Positions 35,901 through 53,085 of a stretch of 64,000 bases of DNA are shown piece by piece; the stretch's first letter is position 1; each line of letters opens with the position of its first letter. This DNA comes from the human T2T-CHM13v2.0 reference genome, Homo sapiens. The position numbers were made by a program, and so were the translations under genes. The stretch lies in assembly GCF_009914755.1 (NCBI RefSeq), contig NC_060936.1; one strand, given 5' to 3'. The notes under the pieces were generated by a model, which saw only the letters and a program-made list of their open reading frames with translations, was not told the origin of the DNA and made no database searches.

Positions 35901-37095
35901 TTTAAAATAGTGATCCATCTAAATTTTTTTCAGCTGGGTTTTGAGGAATATAAGAGCTTTCAATGATAAAGGTTTGTTGTAGTTGTCTTATGTGCTGAAT
36001 TTGCAGATGATCAGATGCTGTGCAGAATTCTGATTTATTTTTGTTTCCTAAAATTAAGATAGCTTGAATATTATTTCACATTCCTTTTTCTTTTTTAAAT
36101 AAACAGGTTTGCTTTGGAAAGGCTTAATGATGGAATGTTAGCATCTTCACTAGGGTAAAGAAGAACAAAAAGAATGTTGCTGGAACGTAAAATAGTATTT
36201 AAAAGTTAATGAACACTTCTCTAGTTTTCTTAGTTATGGCCTTAATAATTAGTCTCTTGGCTTAAATGTCCACTGGTTTTACTTTGACACAGTTGAACAA
36301 CACTGGGGTTAAGTCTCTGGTATTTAGGCTGGCAATATATATATTAACCATATTTTAAAAGTACCAATTTTGTTTTTACAGAAAAGATAAAACTCAAAAG
36401 AGAACAGTGTATTCCTTCTGAGGGGCTTTTATAAATTATTAACTATAATATATGATGGATTTTTTCCTAATTTTTTATATTTCCTTACAATTTTGGTGGC
36501 CATTAATTTAACTTTAGGCTTTTGGGCATATGCTAGTCTGAGCTTCCGAAAAGATACATATATGTTTCCCTTTTCATTAGCTGAATGAGGATATTTTAAG
36601 AAGTTGAAAGAGAATTTATTTTCAAGTTGTGAGTAAATCCTCCTTTGAAATTCACCTGATTATTAGATAACTTAAAGTTTATTTTTAAAAGCTGACAACT
36701 TTTTATGAATCTTCGAGTTGACAGTTCCTAAAAGCGTAACTCAGATATTAATGGGCTGTGTATTAAATGGTTTTATTTTCAGTTTTGCAGCACAGAACAC
36801 TGTTGAAATATCCATATCAACTTGATTTTTTTAACCTAATTCAGGTGTCCTTTGCATCTCTTAAATGTTGGGGGTGGGGGTCAGAGCCAGTTATCCGGCT
36901 TCTGTTTTGTCGATTGCTTAGATTTGTTCCTGTTGTCAAAACTGTTACCCCCAAAATTGGTGTGACACATGCTCATGCATAAAATGTTAAAATGAGTACA
37001 TCCTTGTATTTGTATTTGTTTTCAACATCGCCAAGGTGCTATGGGAAATTAACAAAATTAGAAAAAAAATAAAATTATTAAAAAGCAGGACTGGT
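32947..37095 (+). other. LARP4: LARP4 3'UTR (about 4.1 kb, AU-rich, no interspersed repeats recognised)
   Basis: Follows the stop codon; Alu-free in an otherwise Alu-saturated window; ends just after AATAAA 37068-37073; end coordinate approximate. Confidence 0.8.
37068..37082 (+). terminator. Distal LARP4 polyadenylation signals (AATAAA plus ATTAAA)
   Basis: AATAAA 37068-37073 and ATTAAA 37077-37082, followed by a U/GU-rich downstream element (ggtttccttttctctaggtggtgtatgt). Confidence 0.75.
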
Positions 37096-37304
37096 TTCCT
37101 TTTCTCTAGGTGGTGTATGTCTAATGACTACTTCTGTCTACCTTTCAGTATTATATGTTGCCCTCGCTAATTCTATTATTATTATTGTCTAAGTTGTTTT
37201 TTGGATGATGAGGGCAGTGGGAAGTAATGGTGTTTCACTTAAAACAAGGGCAGAGAGACAAGATACAGCTTTATGATCCTGGGGTATTCTTTTAGTTATT
37301 TTAG

Positions 37305-37697
<393 letters not shown>

Positions 37698-38625
37698 TCA
37701 CTAGAGACTATGAGTTCAAGCCCAGCCTGGGCAATGTAACAACCTAGAGGGTGAGGCAGGAGGATTGCCCGAGCCCAGGAGTTCAAGGCTGCTGTGAGTT
37801 ATGATTGTGTCAGTGCACTGAAGCCTAGGCAAAAGAGCAAGACCCCATGAAAAAAAAAAAAATAGTGGTTGGGGGACAGGAATCATGGTAATGTGTAGCT
37901 TAAAGAGTACCTTCATGGAACGATTGTGGCTTGATTTGAGTATGTGCATATCAAGCCCAGCTAGAGTATTTGGGGCTTTTCAGAGGGAAAATTGACTAGG
38001 GAATTTAAATGAGGGTTTTTTTTGTTGGTTTGTTTTGTGTTTTTTGTTTGTTTGAGACCGAGTTGCTCTTGTTGCCCAGGCTGGAGTGCTATGGCGCGAT
38101 CTCGGCTCAGTGCAACCTCAGCCTCCCTGCCCGAGTTTTGATTTTTTTAAAATGCTTCATTTCAAAGCAAAAATGGAAAAGCTGAGTCAATCTCTGGCTT
38201 TTTAACAGGTATCTGTAAATTATTGTGACACCTTAAAAATAATGGAGTGGCCGGGCGCAGTGGCTCACGCCTCTAATCCCAGCACTTTGGGAAGCTGAGA
38301 CAGGCAGGTCAACTGAGGTCAGGAGTTTGAGACCAGCCTGACCAACATGGTGAAATCCCATCTCTACTAAAAATACAAAAATTAGCCCGGCGTGGTGGCT
38401 CATGTCTGTAATCCCAGCTACTCTGGAGTCTCAGGCATGGGAATCGCCAGGAGGCGGAGGTTGTAGTGAGCAGAGATCGTGCCACTGCACTCCAGCCTGG
38501 GCGACAGTGACTGTCTCAAAAAAAAAATGGAGTGGTGTTTCATGGCTATTATACCACAGTTTATTCTTGAATTGTCTTAAGTGAATTTTTTTTAATGGTG
38601 GAAATTTTTTGTGGGTTTTTTTTGA

Positions 38626-38928
<303 letters not shown>

Positions 38929-39625
38929 TAATTTCAAATTATATTCTCAGAAATATTTACTATTCTGCCAAGTTATGTAATTTGGATATGTATGTAGATA
39001 CACCTTAAGGTAACAGATTTAATTATGAGCATTCACTTTAATAATTAGCTCTTTAGCTAAGCCTTTAATTTGCAAATGAACAATTATTTATCTTAACGAA
39101 GATGGCTAATGTCAGTGAGCAAAGTGGTGCTGGTAATGACAGGTTTATGAGGGTTAAGTTCTAACAAAGCCTTAGGGGGCTTATATCAGTGTTTTAGTAT
39201 GTTTATTTGGCCAAGATATGAGGGGTGCATAACTTAAATTTTATATAAAGAGCACAGTATTCTTTATAGTGGACCCAAAACCAAATTGGTAAACTCAGGT
39301 AGGCTCTCGTGTTGTATTTAAAATGAGTGATTTTGCAAAGAGTTTCATTACAGATACCTTATATTTAACTACACTTCTTGTTAGAAAATATTAATCTAAA
39401 TATTATGCCTTCAAGTTTTAATTATATACCTGAAAGTTTTTTATTTTCTTTTTTTGTTGTTGTTCATTCACCATCATACTCTGATATACCTGGAAGTTTT
39501 TAAATGAAAAGTTCTTAACAGTTACTAGTAAAGAATTACGAATTTTCTTAAAACCATAGTGTCTTTAGTTTGAGAATTTTAAGGAATTGGAATGTTTTCA
39601 CTTTTTTAATATTGTTTCCAAATAA

Positions 39626-39829
<204 letters not shown>

Positions 39830-40289
39830 TGAGACGGTCTTGCTCTGTTGCACAGGCTGGAGTACAGTGACACAGTCATGACTCATTGCAGCCTCGACCT
39901 CCTGGATTCAAGTAATTCTCCCACCTCAGCCTCTCAAGTAGCTGGGACTACAGGTGTGCATCACCACACCAGCTGACATTTATTTATTTATTCACTTACT
40001 TGTTGTTGTTGTTTGTTTGTAGAAATTGTCTCACTGTGTTGCCCAGGCTGGTCTCAAACTCCTGGGCTCAAGCGATCCTACTGCCTTGGCTTCCGAGGTG
40101 CTGGTATTACAGGTTGAGCCACTGCACCTGGCCCTAGTTTAGCTTTTAAAATGCATTTTTTAAGGCAGCTGTTCTGCAGGTCTTTGATTAAGTTCTAATT
40201 CTGCTATTTTGCATTCTAAGTTATGCCTAAAATAACTATCATCTTTTCAAAACTGAGGTTATTGACAGCATTGGAGCTAATCATGATGG

Positions 40290-40964
<675 letters not shown>

Positions 40965-42408
40965 TGAGCCACTGTGCCCCGCCTATGAGTACAGTTTTTA
41001 GATGATAATGATTATATTATAGCTCTTGGAAGATGTTTTATAGTCCTAACCATGGCAAAATGGGGGGACTCGGCCAGGTGGGGTGGCTGATGCCTGTAAT
41101 CCCAGCACTTTGGGAGGCTGGGTAGGGCAGATCACCTGAGGTCAGGAGTTTGAGACTAGCCTGGCCAACATAACGAAACCCCATCTCTACTAAAAATACA
41201 ACAATTAGCCGGGCGTGTTGGCACACCCCTGTAATCCCAGCTACTTGTAAGGCTGAGGCCGGAGAATTGATTGAATCCGGGAGGGCATCTTGCAGTGAGC
41301 CGAGGTTGCGCCACTGCACTCCAGCCTGGGCAACCAAATGAGACTCCGTCTCAAAAAAAGTCTCCTTTCCAAAATGGGGGGACAAAAATAATACTGAACC
41401 AAACCCAATACATTTTTTTTTTTTGGTTGAGACAGGGTCTCATCACCCAGGCTGGGCTCAGGTGATCCTCCCACCTCAGCCTCCTGAGTAGCTGGGACCA
41501 CAAGTGCACACTGTCACCAGCCCTGGGTTTTTTTTTCATTTGTTTGTTTTGTGGAGACACGCTCTTGTTTTGTTGCCAGGCTGGTCTTGAACTCTAGGGC
41601 TCAAGCAATCCACCCGCCTCAGCCTCCCAAAGTGCTGGAATTAGAGGCATGCACTACCCTGCCCATCCTTCAAAACCAATCCTTTTAAATCCAGTAGTTA
41701 ATCTGTAGTATAGGGTGGTTTTAATTAAATTAAACTTACAGCCAATTTTGAACGTGACTGTTACGGACAGGGCTAAACATTATATCCACCCCTTTTTTTC
41801 TACCTTGATTGTTGTGTCCTTAACCCTATTCATCATTCTCTTTCCCACCTGGAGAGTCTCCAAGTCACCACTATTGTGCTAAGCATATGATATCATTCAA
41901 GACTTAATGTTTCCAGTCCTCACCAATAAGGTCTCCCACGTACTGTAGACGAATAAAAGCATTGTTTGTCATGACTTTATTACCTCCTAAAAATTTTTTT
42001 CTTCATTATCAATTTGTCATTTTTCTGTGGATCCAAAAAAGACTGATAATTCATGTCTGCTTAAGCAAACCGGTTGTGTCCAGAAGTAATAAACCCATAA
42101 ATATGTCTTGAAGGTTGTGGAATTTGCATGTCTATCAAGGCTTTTCCCATGCCCTGACAGTCAAGGTAGCTCATGCCTGTAATCCCAACACTTTGGGAAT
42201 CCAAGATGGGTGGATCACTTGAGATCAGGAGTTCAAGACCAGCCTGGCCAACACGGTGAAACCCTGTCTCTAAAAAATTAGCCAGGCATGGTGGCATGTG
42301 TCTCAATCCCAGCTACTCTTGATACACTGAGGCATGAGAATTGCTTGAACCCGGGAGACAGAGGTTGCAGTGAGCCGAGATCATGCCACGGCACTCTAGC
42401 CTGGGTGA

Positions 42409-42849
<441 letters not shown>

Positions 42850-43124
42850 TGATGAGATGTATACGCAGGTTTAATTATCTGTTTGGAAATAGTTTCAAAT
42901 AAAAATAATTTTTAAAAGCTTAAAGGGGACATTGGTTTCCAGTCTGGCATGTGAGAATCTTGGAGGTTGGCACTTCATCCTAACAAGTCAAAAACTGAAT
43001 AAACTGGCCAGGCACAGTGGCTCATGTCTGTAATCCCAGCACTTTGGAAGTCCGAGGCGGGTGGATCACGAGCTCAGGAGATCGAGACCATCCTGGCCAA
43101 CATGGTGAAACCCCGTCTCTACTA

Positions 43125-43470
<346 letters not shown>

Positions 43471-43489
43471 TCAAAACAACAACAACAGC

Positions 43490-44590
43490 AAATGTGCTCT
43501 GCAGAAGAGACTGCTGAGAGAATAAAATACAAGCCACAGACTGGGGGGGAAATTGCAAAAGATATATCTGATAAGCAACTGTTCGCTAATATATACAAAG
43601 AACTTAAAACAAATTTTTTTTTATTAGCTGGGTGTGGTAATGTGTACCTGTAGTCCCAGCTACTTGGGAGAGTGAGGTGGGAGGATCACTTGAGCCTGGG
43701 AGTTTGAGGCTGTGGTCCACTACAGCCTGGGTGACAGGGCCAGACCCTGTCTCAAAAAAAATTAAAAAGTGAACCAAAGACTTTAACAAACATCTTGCCA
43801 AAAAAGACATATCGTATGGAAAATAAGGATCTGAAAAAGGTGCTCCATATTATATGTCATGAAGAAAATGCAAATTAAAACAAGATACCTCTACACCTAA
43901 TGAAAATAGCTATAATTCAGAACACTGACACCACCAAATGCTAGCAGAATGTGGAGCAACATGACTTCTCATTTATTGCTGGTGGGAATGCAAAATGGTA
44001 CAGCCATTTGACAGTTCTCCACAAAACTAAACATGTCACCATGGGATCTAACAATCATATTCCTTAGTATTTACCCAAAGGAGTTGAAAATATGTTCACA
44101 CAAAAACCTGTACATGGATGTTTATAGCAGCTTTATTCAAAATTATCAAAACTGAGAAGCAACATTCAGTAGGTGAATGGATCAATAAACTGTGGTACAT
44201 CCAGTTAGTGTTATTCAGCACTAACAAGAAATGAGCTATCAAACCATGAAGACATGGAAAAAATTTAAATGCATATTATGAAGTGAATGAGGCCAATCTA
44301 AAAAGGCTACATGCTGTATGATTCCAAGTTATGACATTCTGGAACAGATAAAACTACAGAGACAGCAAAAAGAGCAGGGATTGCCAAAGGTGAAGAGCAA
44401 GGGATGGATGAATGGGTGGAACACAGAGGATTTTCAGGGCAGTGAAACTATATATGATACTATAATGGCGGATACATGTTGGACCATTAGACATTGGTCC
44501 AAACCCACAGAATGGCCAGCACCAAAAGTGAAGGCTAATGTAAACTATGTTATTTGAATGATAATGATGTGTCAGTGTAGGTTCATCAGG
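43490..44590 (+). mobile_element. L1M ORF2 end / 3'UTR fragment
   Basis: aaatgcaaattaaaacaaga...ggtgggaatgcaaaatggtacagcca...aaactgtggtacatcc signatures. Confidence 0.75.
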
Positions 44591-45571
44591 CCAGGCAAGG
44601 TGGCTCATGCCTGCAATCACGCCTGACCAGCCTGGGCAACATGGTGAAACCCTGTATCTACAAAAAATACAAAAAAAATTAGCCAGGGCCTGGTGCGGTG
44701 GCTCACATCTGTAATCCCAGCACTTTGGGAGGCCAAGGTGAGGGAATCACTTGAGGCCAGGAGTTTGAGACCAGCCTGGCCAATATGGCAAAACCCTGTC
44801 TCTGCTAAAAATACAAAAATTGGCCCTGCGCAGTGGCTCACACCTGTAATCCCAGTACTTAGGAGGCCAAGACAGGTGGATCACTCAAGGTCAGGAGTTT
44901 GAGACCAGCCTGGCCAACGTGGTGAAACCCTGTCTCTACTAAAAATACAAAAATTAGCTGGGTGTGGTGGTGGGCACCTGTAATTCCAGCTGTTCAGGAG
45001 GCTGAGGCAGGAGAATCACCTGAGCTTGGTGAAGCGGAGGTTGCAGTGAGCTGAGATCGAGCCACTGCACTCCAGCCTGGGCGACAGGGAGAAACTCGAT
45101 CTCAAAAAAATAAATAAATAAATAAATTAGCTGGGCATGGTGGCTTGTGCCCGTAGTCTCAGCTGCTTGGGAGGCTGAGGCAGGAGGATTGCTTGAGGCA
45201 GGGAGGTCGAGGCTTTATTGAACCCTGATCACGCCACTGCACTCCAGCCTGGGGTACGGAGAGACCTTGTCTTAAAAAAAAAAATGTAAGTCCATCATTT
45301 GTAATAAATGTACCACTCTGCTGGAGGATGTTCATGATAAATGTCACATAGGTGAGATGTCTGAAAAGTCCATTGGATTTCACAATTAGGTGGTTACTGG
45401 TAACCATTACCAAACTGATTCACTAGAGTGTGAGTGGAAGCATGATTATGTAGGGTTGAAAAGAGGTTAGAAAATAAGCGGAGGGAAGCCAGAGGCCTAC
45501 TTTAAATGTTCAGTGATAGAGCTGGATTCAAGTGTGTAATCAATTTTTTTTTTTTTTTGAAGTCTTAGATA

Positions 45572-45645
45572 TTTCAGTGCTCCACATGCTCAGAGAAACT
45601 TCTCTAGTAACAAACTATGGAAATGATCCCTGAAAGTATAGTCTT
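45572..45645 (-). pseudogene. 3'-truncated U3 snoRNA retrocopy (first ~74 nt)
   Basis: Reverse complement reads AAGACTATACTTTCAGGGATCATTTCCATAGTTTGTTACTAGAGAAGTTTCTCTGAGCATGTGGAGCACTGAAA, a near match to the U3 5' end, then stops; this is the classical truncated U3 pseudogene length. Confidence 0.9.
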
Positions 45646-45761
45646 TTTATACTTTTCTTTTTTTCTTTCTTTCTTTTTTTTTTTTTTTTTTTGAGATAGG
45701 GTCTCACTCTGTCGCCCAGGCTGCAGTGCGGTAGCGCTATCACAACTCACTGCAGCCTTAA

Positions 45762-45935
<174 letters not shown>

Positions 45936-46303
45936 TAGTCTTTGTAATCCATCTTCTTACCCTAACCCTGTCTCTCCATCTCTCCTCTTCTCTCCAATTT
46001 ATCCCTCTTATGCCCAGTCTGTTAGCTGTGTGTTGGCTTGTTTCTTAAGTGGGATCTCTCCATGTGACAGGAAAGACTGGCGAGTAACAGTTATATGTTT
46101 ACACAGTCCTTGCAGACACTTCCAGATAAGGAAATAATTCTCTTCCCCAGTTTCCATATAGCAAATCTCTTCACAGGACAGATTACCTTCAGCAGTTTCA
46201 GGCTTTTATGATGATCATAGCTGTGCGCTCCAGAGATTAGGAGACATGATACTCTTAGCATCTATATATCAAAATTTAGGGATCCTGTATCTGTTATTGG
46301 TAA

Positions 46304-46584
<281 letters not shown>

Positions 46585-46698
46585 TGACATCGTGATCCAC
46601 CCACCTCGGCCTCCCAAAGTGCTGGGATTACAGGCGTGAGCCACCGTGCCCGGCCTGTGTTTTGTTTTTTTATTTATTTTATTTATTTATTTTTTTGA

Positions 46699-46800
<102 letters not shown>

Positions 46801-47193
46801 TAAGTAGCTGGGACTACAGGCTCCTGCCGCCACACCTGGCTAATTTTTTTTTGTAATTTTTAGTAGAGATGAGGTTTCACTATGTTGGCCAGGCTGGTCT
46901 CAAACTCCTGACCTTGTGATCCACCTGCCTCGGCCTCCCACAGTGCTGGGATTACAGGCATGAGCCACTGTGCCAGGCCTCTGATGAGTTTTTAAATCTT
47001 TTTATATATGTTTGTTAGCCATGTATTATTTCTTACTTATTTTTCCATGAGGTTGTCAGTTTTTGTTTACTGGCAAGCCTCTATATATTCTGAATATTTT
47101 GCTATCTGTTAAATACACTAAAAAAAAAATTCTTGCCTGTAATTTCTTTAACTTGTATGTAGGGTCTGGTATTTTCTTCTAATACTATAATAA

Positions 47194-47430
<237 letters not shown>

Positions 47431-47897
47431 TGAACTCCTGACCTCAAGTGATCAGCCTGCCTCCGCCTCCCAAAGTACTGAGATTATAGGCTTGATTAAC
47501 CATGCCTAGCCTGAATTTTAGCTTTTAAATATATTCAGAGTTTATTTTGGTGCATTATTTTTTTCTGAATAGTCATTTGTTCCAAAACCATTATTGAAAA
47601 CTGTATCCTTTCTCTCTGATTTGAGGTGCCACCTTTATCACAAAGGAAACTCTCAGTTATTCCTGCATTATTGTTTCTTCACTGTTTATCCAATGCCTTT
47701 TATCAATTCTATGCCTATCCTAATAGCTTTCTGCCTTAAATTCTACATCTTTTTTGTGTGTGTATTTTGATGTTTGAATGAGGAAGTTGCTCCTATGACT
47801 ATTCTTGTTTAGCATGCCTGGCCACTCCTGTGAATTATTTTCTTCAATGTGGATTTTAGAATCACCTATTGAATTTTGTTAAGAAGTATTCTGTTAG

Positions 47898-48372
<475 letters not shown>

Positions 48373-48797
48373 TGAGTAGCTGGAATTATAAGCATGTGCC
48401 ACCATGCCTGGCTAATTTTGTATTTTTAGTAGAGACAGGGTTTCTCCATGTTGGTCAGGCTGGTCTGGAACTCCCGAACTCAGGTGATCTGCCTGCCTCA
48501 GCTTCCCACTGTGCCCAGCCATGGAAATTTTAGGACAACTGATTTGATAAAATATTGAGCCTTGCCACTAAAAAACATGCATGTTTATATTACCATTCAT
48601 CATTCAGACTTAAGTTTTATTTACATTAACCAGCCTTCCCTTCTGATTTCTTGGTTTTTAGACTTGTAGCTTTTTAGTATGTCTTGATATCAGGTCAGGC
48701 AAAGCCCCCTTTTCTATCTTTTTTTTTTTTTTACTTTCTTTGAACATTAAGTCTTCTGTTTGAACTTTAGAATCAGCTTGTCAAGTTATGATTTTTA

Positions 48798-49463
<666 letters not shown>

Positions 49464-49477
49464 TGTCCCCCTTCTTT
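49464..49477 (-). promoter_or_regulatory. Polypurine tract
   Basis: Minus strand AAAGAAGGGGGACA immediately before the 3' LTR TG. Confidence 0.88.
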
Positions 49478-50600
49478 GATTTGCAAATTGATAAAAGCAA
49501 AGGCAGCTTTGTCACAGTGAGCTACTTCTCACAGGAGTCAGGATCCACAACTGCAGACTATACAAAGACAAACAACACAGATTAAAAGCACAATCATCAT
49601 TGAAATTACAGAGATTCTAAGTGTTTTTATCCATTTCCAGCTCCTTTAAGCACTCCAGTTCCTGGCATTAAGGTCAGGTATGCCTCGGATGCTTTAAATA
49701 TTTGTTCTTTTAATTTTGCAATATCCAAAGACAAGTTTGTAGAGTGTCCTTCTAGATGCTTTTTTTATTCTTTCCCAAATTTTGATCTTATTAAAGCATT
49801 TAATAGTTTCCACAAATCCTTATGTTTAGCTCCTACAGCGAGCCATATCATTTGAGGTTGAGATGCCACTATACCACCATGATTCCAGATAATAGGAACT
49901 CTTGCTGTACTTCTTATCATTTCTACCATCTGACCATTTTGTTCAGACCAGCTGAACATAGTGTGGCCATGGCACACAGACTGAGAGGTGCAATTCAAGC
50001 TAAACATCCCCTTAGGGGACCAATTAATAATGATTCCATAGGAATCATTGTGCAGCACCTCTACCTGTTCTGCAACGCAATCTTCCTAAACAAGTACATT
50101 CATTTTTTCTGGCCAGGTTCAATTTTGTTTACAAATAGGTTTTTGAGGGCAGTATGACTCAATTATAAGAACAGATTTATTATGGTCAATACTGAGATCA
50201 GAAAGCATGTGTAACTGTGTCATAGAGTGATTAAATCTAGGCATTATTGCCAGCCAAGATTGATAAATATGCCCAATAAGTATAATTGTTCTCTGTGTCA
50301 GCCCTTATTGAAGGAATACTCACGGCAGTGGTGATAACCGCTATCATAGCTACCATTAAATTATTCATTGTTACTGGTTGTCCCACTCTCCTCAGGTTTT
50401 CTTCCACCATCTGTGACAGCTTCTTGATCTGTCCCCAGGTGGGTGGCTGTGTTCAAAAGGTGTTGCTCGTGACAGTTGGGGTCCTCCTCAGCATCGGTCT
50501 CGACATGGCTGCAACCAGGGGGTCCTCGGGATCCTTCTGGAATCTCTTCCTCGGCATCTGGCTCATGATAAGGTTTCAGGTGTCTTGATGGTATCCAAAT
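49478..50600 (-). pseudogene. HML-3 env remnant with a large internal deletion
   Basis: SU-like GIIINWSPKG...LWKLL joined directly to TM-like KHLEGHSTNLSLDIAKLKEQIFKAS; only about 1.1 kb long. Confidence 0.8.
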
Positions 50601-50606
50601 CGGCTG

Positions 50607-53085
50607 TTAATTTTGGCCTGGAGAAACACAAACATAACCTCTACCCCAAGTTATTATTTTACCTATTTCCCAACTTTTTGTTATCGGATCTCTCCACCAA
50701 ACCAATGGTTTTGCTTCTGTCTTTGCAGCTGGTTTCTGTAGATGCTGTTCAGCTGCTGATAACATTTGTCCTTTAGGCAGGCTCAAAAAATTTAAAGTTA
50801 ATAATGCTAGGTTCAGTTGCATCTGTGGGGTTCCATATTCCCTGTCTCCCCATTTCTGCTTTTGCAACTGCTGTTTTAGGGAGAGATTCATTCTTTCCAC
50901 TATGGCTTGTCCTTGAGAATTGTATGGGATACCAGTAATGTGTTTAATATTCCACATAGAGAAAAATGTAGCTAGAGCTTGGCTAGTATAGACTGGGGCA
51001 TTATCTGTTTTAATAGAAGCTGGAATGCCCATCACTGCAAAACACTGCAAAAGGTGATGTTTAAAACAGGCAGAAGACTCTCCTGATTGGCATGTAGCCC
51101 AAAGTGAGAAAAGGTGTCCACACGTACATGTACATAAGCTAGTCTCCCAAACGAGGGAATATGTTTGACATCCATTTGCCAAAGAGAGTTAGGTTCCAGT
51201 CCTCAAGGATTAACTCCTCCTGTAAAAGATGAGGAATGTACCATTTGGCAAGTTGGACATTGCTGGATAATAGCTTTAGCTTCGTTCCAGGTAATGCTGT
51301 ATCTGCATTTGAGACCAGAGGCATTAACATGGGTTGAATTGTGAAAGTGTCTAGCATTAGATATTGCATTAGCAACTAGGTGATCAGCCATTTGATTCCC
51401 TTTGGTCAAAGGTCCTGGAAGATGTGTATGAGCCCTAATGTGAGTGATGTAAAAAGGGTGCATTCTACTTCTAACTGCTGTTTGCAATTGGGTAAATAAA
51501 GTCATCAGTTGTTCATTTGTATGAAATCATAACTGAGCATTTTCAATTAACTGTGTGGAATGAACCACGTATGAAGAATCAGAAATCACATTAATAGGCA
51601 TATCAAAAGCAGTCAATACCTCAATTACAGCGACAAGCTCCGCTTTTTGAGCTGAAGTATAGGACGTCTGGAAAACTACTTTCTGAGCCAAAATAAGAAG
51701 CTTTACCATTACTAGACCCATCTGTAAAAACATTCTCAGCACCTTCAATTTGTTTAAATTTAGTTATTTTAGGGAGAATCCAATTAGTTAATTTCAAAAA
51801 CTGAAACAGCTTCATTTTAGGAAAATGATTATCGAGAATACCCAAAAAGTCAGCTAAATGGGTTTGCCAAGAAAGACTATTTATAAAAGCTTGCTGTATT
51901 TGTGCTTTCGTGAGAGGGACAATAATTTTTCCAGGATCATATCCATGTAATTTAACAATCCGAGTTCTCCCAATCCCTATCATTGTAACAATTTGATCTA
52001 AATAAGGAGTTAGAGTCCGTGAATTAGTATGTGGAAGAAAAAGCCACTCTACTAAGTCCTGTTCTTGGACAGTAACACCAGTAGGTGAATGCTGAGTGGA
52101 AAAAATTAGCAAATCTAGAGTCTTCTCTGGATCTATTTATTTGAGCTTTATGGACTTGCTTCTCAGTTGTAACTCTGCCTCAGCCTCCTTTGTTAATTGC
52201 TGAGGGCTAGTGAGACTAGGATTTGCTCTAAGGATAGAAAACAGATTACTCATGGCATAGGTAGGAATGCCTAGAGCATGTCGTATCCAATTAATGTCCC
52301 CTAGTAATTTTTGAAAGTCATATAATGTTTTCAGTTGATCCCTATGTATGGTTACTTTCTGTTGCACAATGGTAGTGTCATTTACTAAGGTCCCCAAGTA
52401 GGAGTAAGGAGTAGTAGTCTGAGTTTTGTCAGGAGCTATAATTAAGCCAGCACGAGAAATCGAATTTTGCAAGTGATCATAACATTGGAGTAATATTTCT
52501 CGAGTGGGGGCAGCACAAAGTATATCATCCATATAGTGAATAATGTAACACTGTGAAAATTTTTTACGAGTAGGTTCAATTGCTTGCCCCACATAAGTCT
52601 GGCAAATTGTGGGACTGTTCAATATGCCCTGGGGCAACACTTTCAAATGATAACGCTTAGCAGGGTGCAGGTTGTTTACTACAGGAATTGTAAATGCAAA
52701 CCATTCAGTCTTGCTCAGCTAAAGGGATAGTAAGGAAACAGTCTTTTAAATCTATGACTATTAAAGGCCAATTTTTTGGAATTATAGCAGGAGAAGGCAA
52801 TCCTGGCTGTAATGCCCCCCATAGGTTGTATAACTGAATTGATGGCTCTTAAGTCAGTTAATATTCTCCATTTACCTGATTTTTTCTTAATTACGAAAAC
52901 TGGAGAATTCCAAGGAGAAAATGTTGGAGCTATGTGCCCATTTTCTAATTGTTCAGTAACGTAATTTATCTAAAGCCTCCAGTTTCTCTTTACTTAGTAG
53001 CCATTGTTCTATCCAAATTGGCTTATCTGTTAACTGTTTTAAAGGTATAGGTTCTGGAGGCTTAACAATGGCTGCCATCAAAAAT
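50607..53085 (-). pseudogene. HML-3 pol (RT, RNase H, integrase), multiply frameshifted
   Basis: [38 protein letters not shown]...CPTC, IKTDNAP, AIVERMN and WGRGY motifs split over several frames. Confidence 0.9.

Noticed and set aside
45572-45645. Functional U3 gene
   Set aside because: Only the first ~74 nt are present; boxes B, C and D and the snRNA-type promoter are missing
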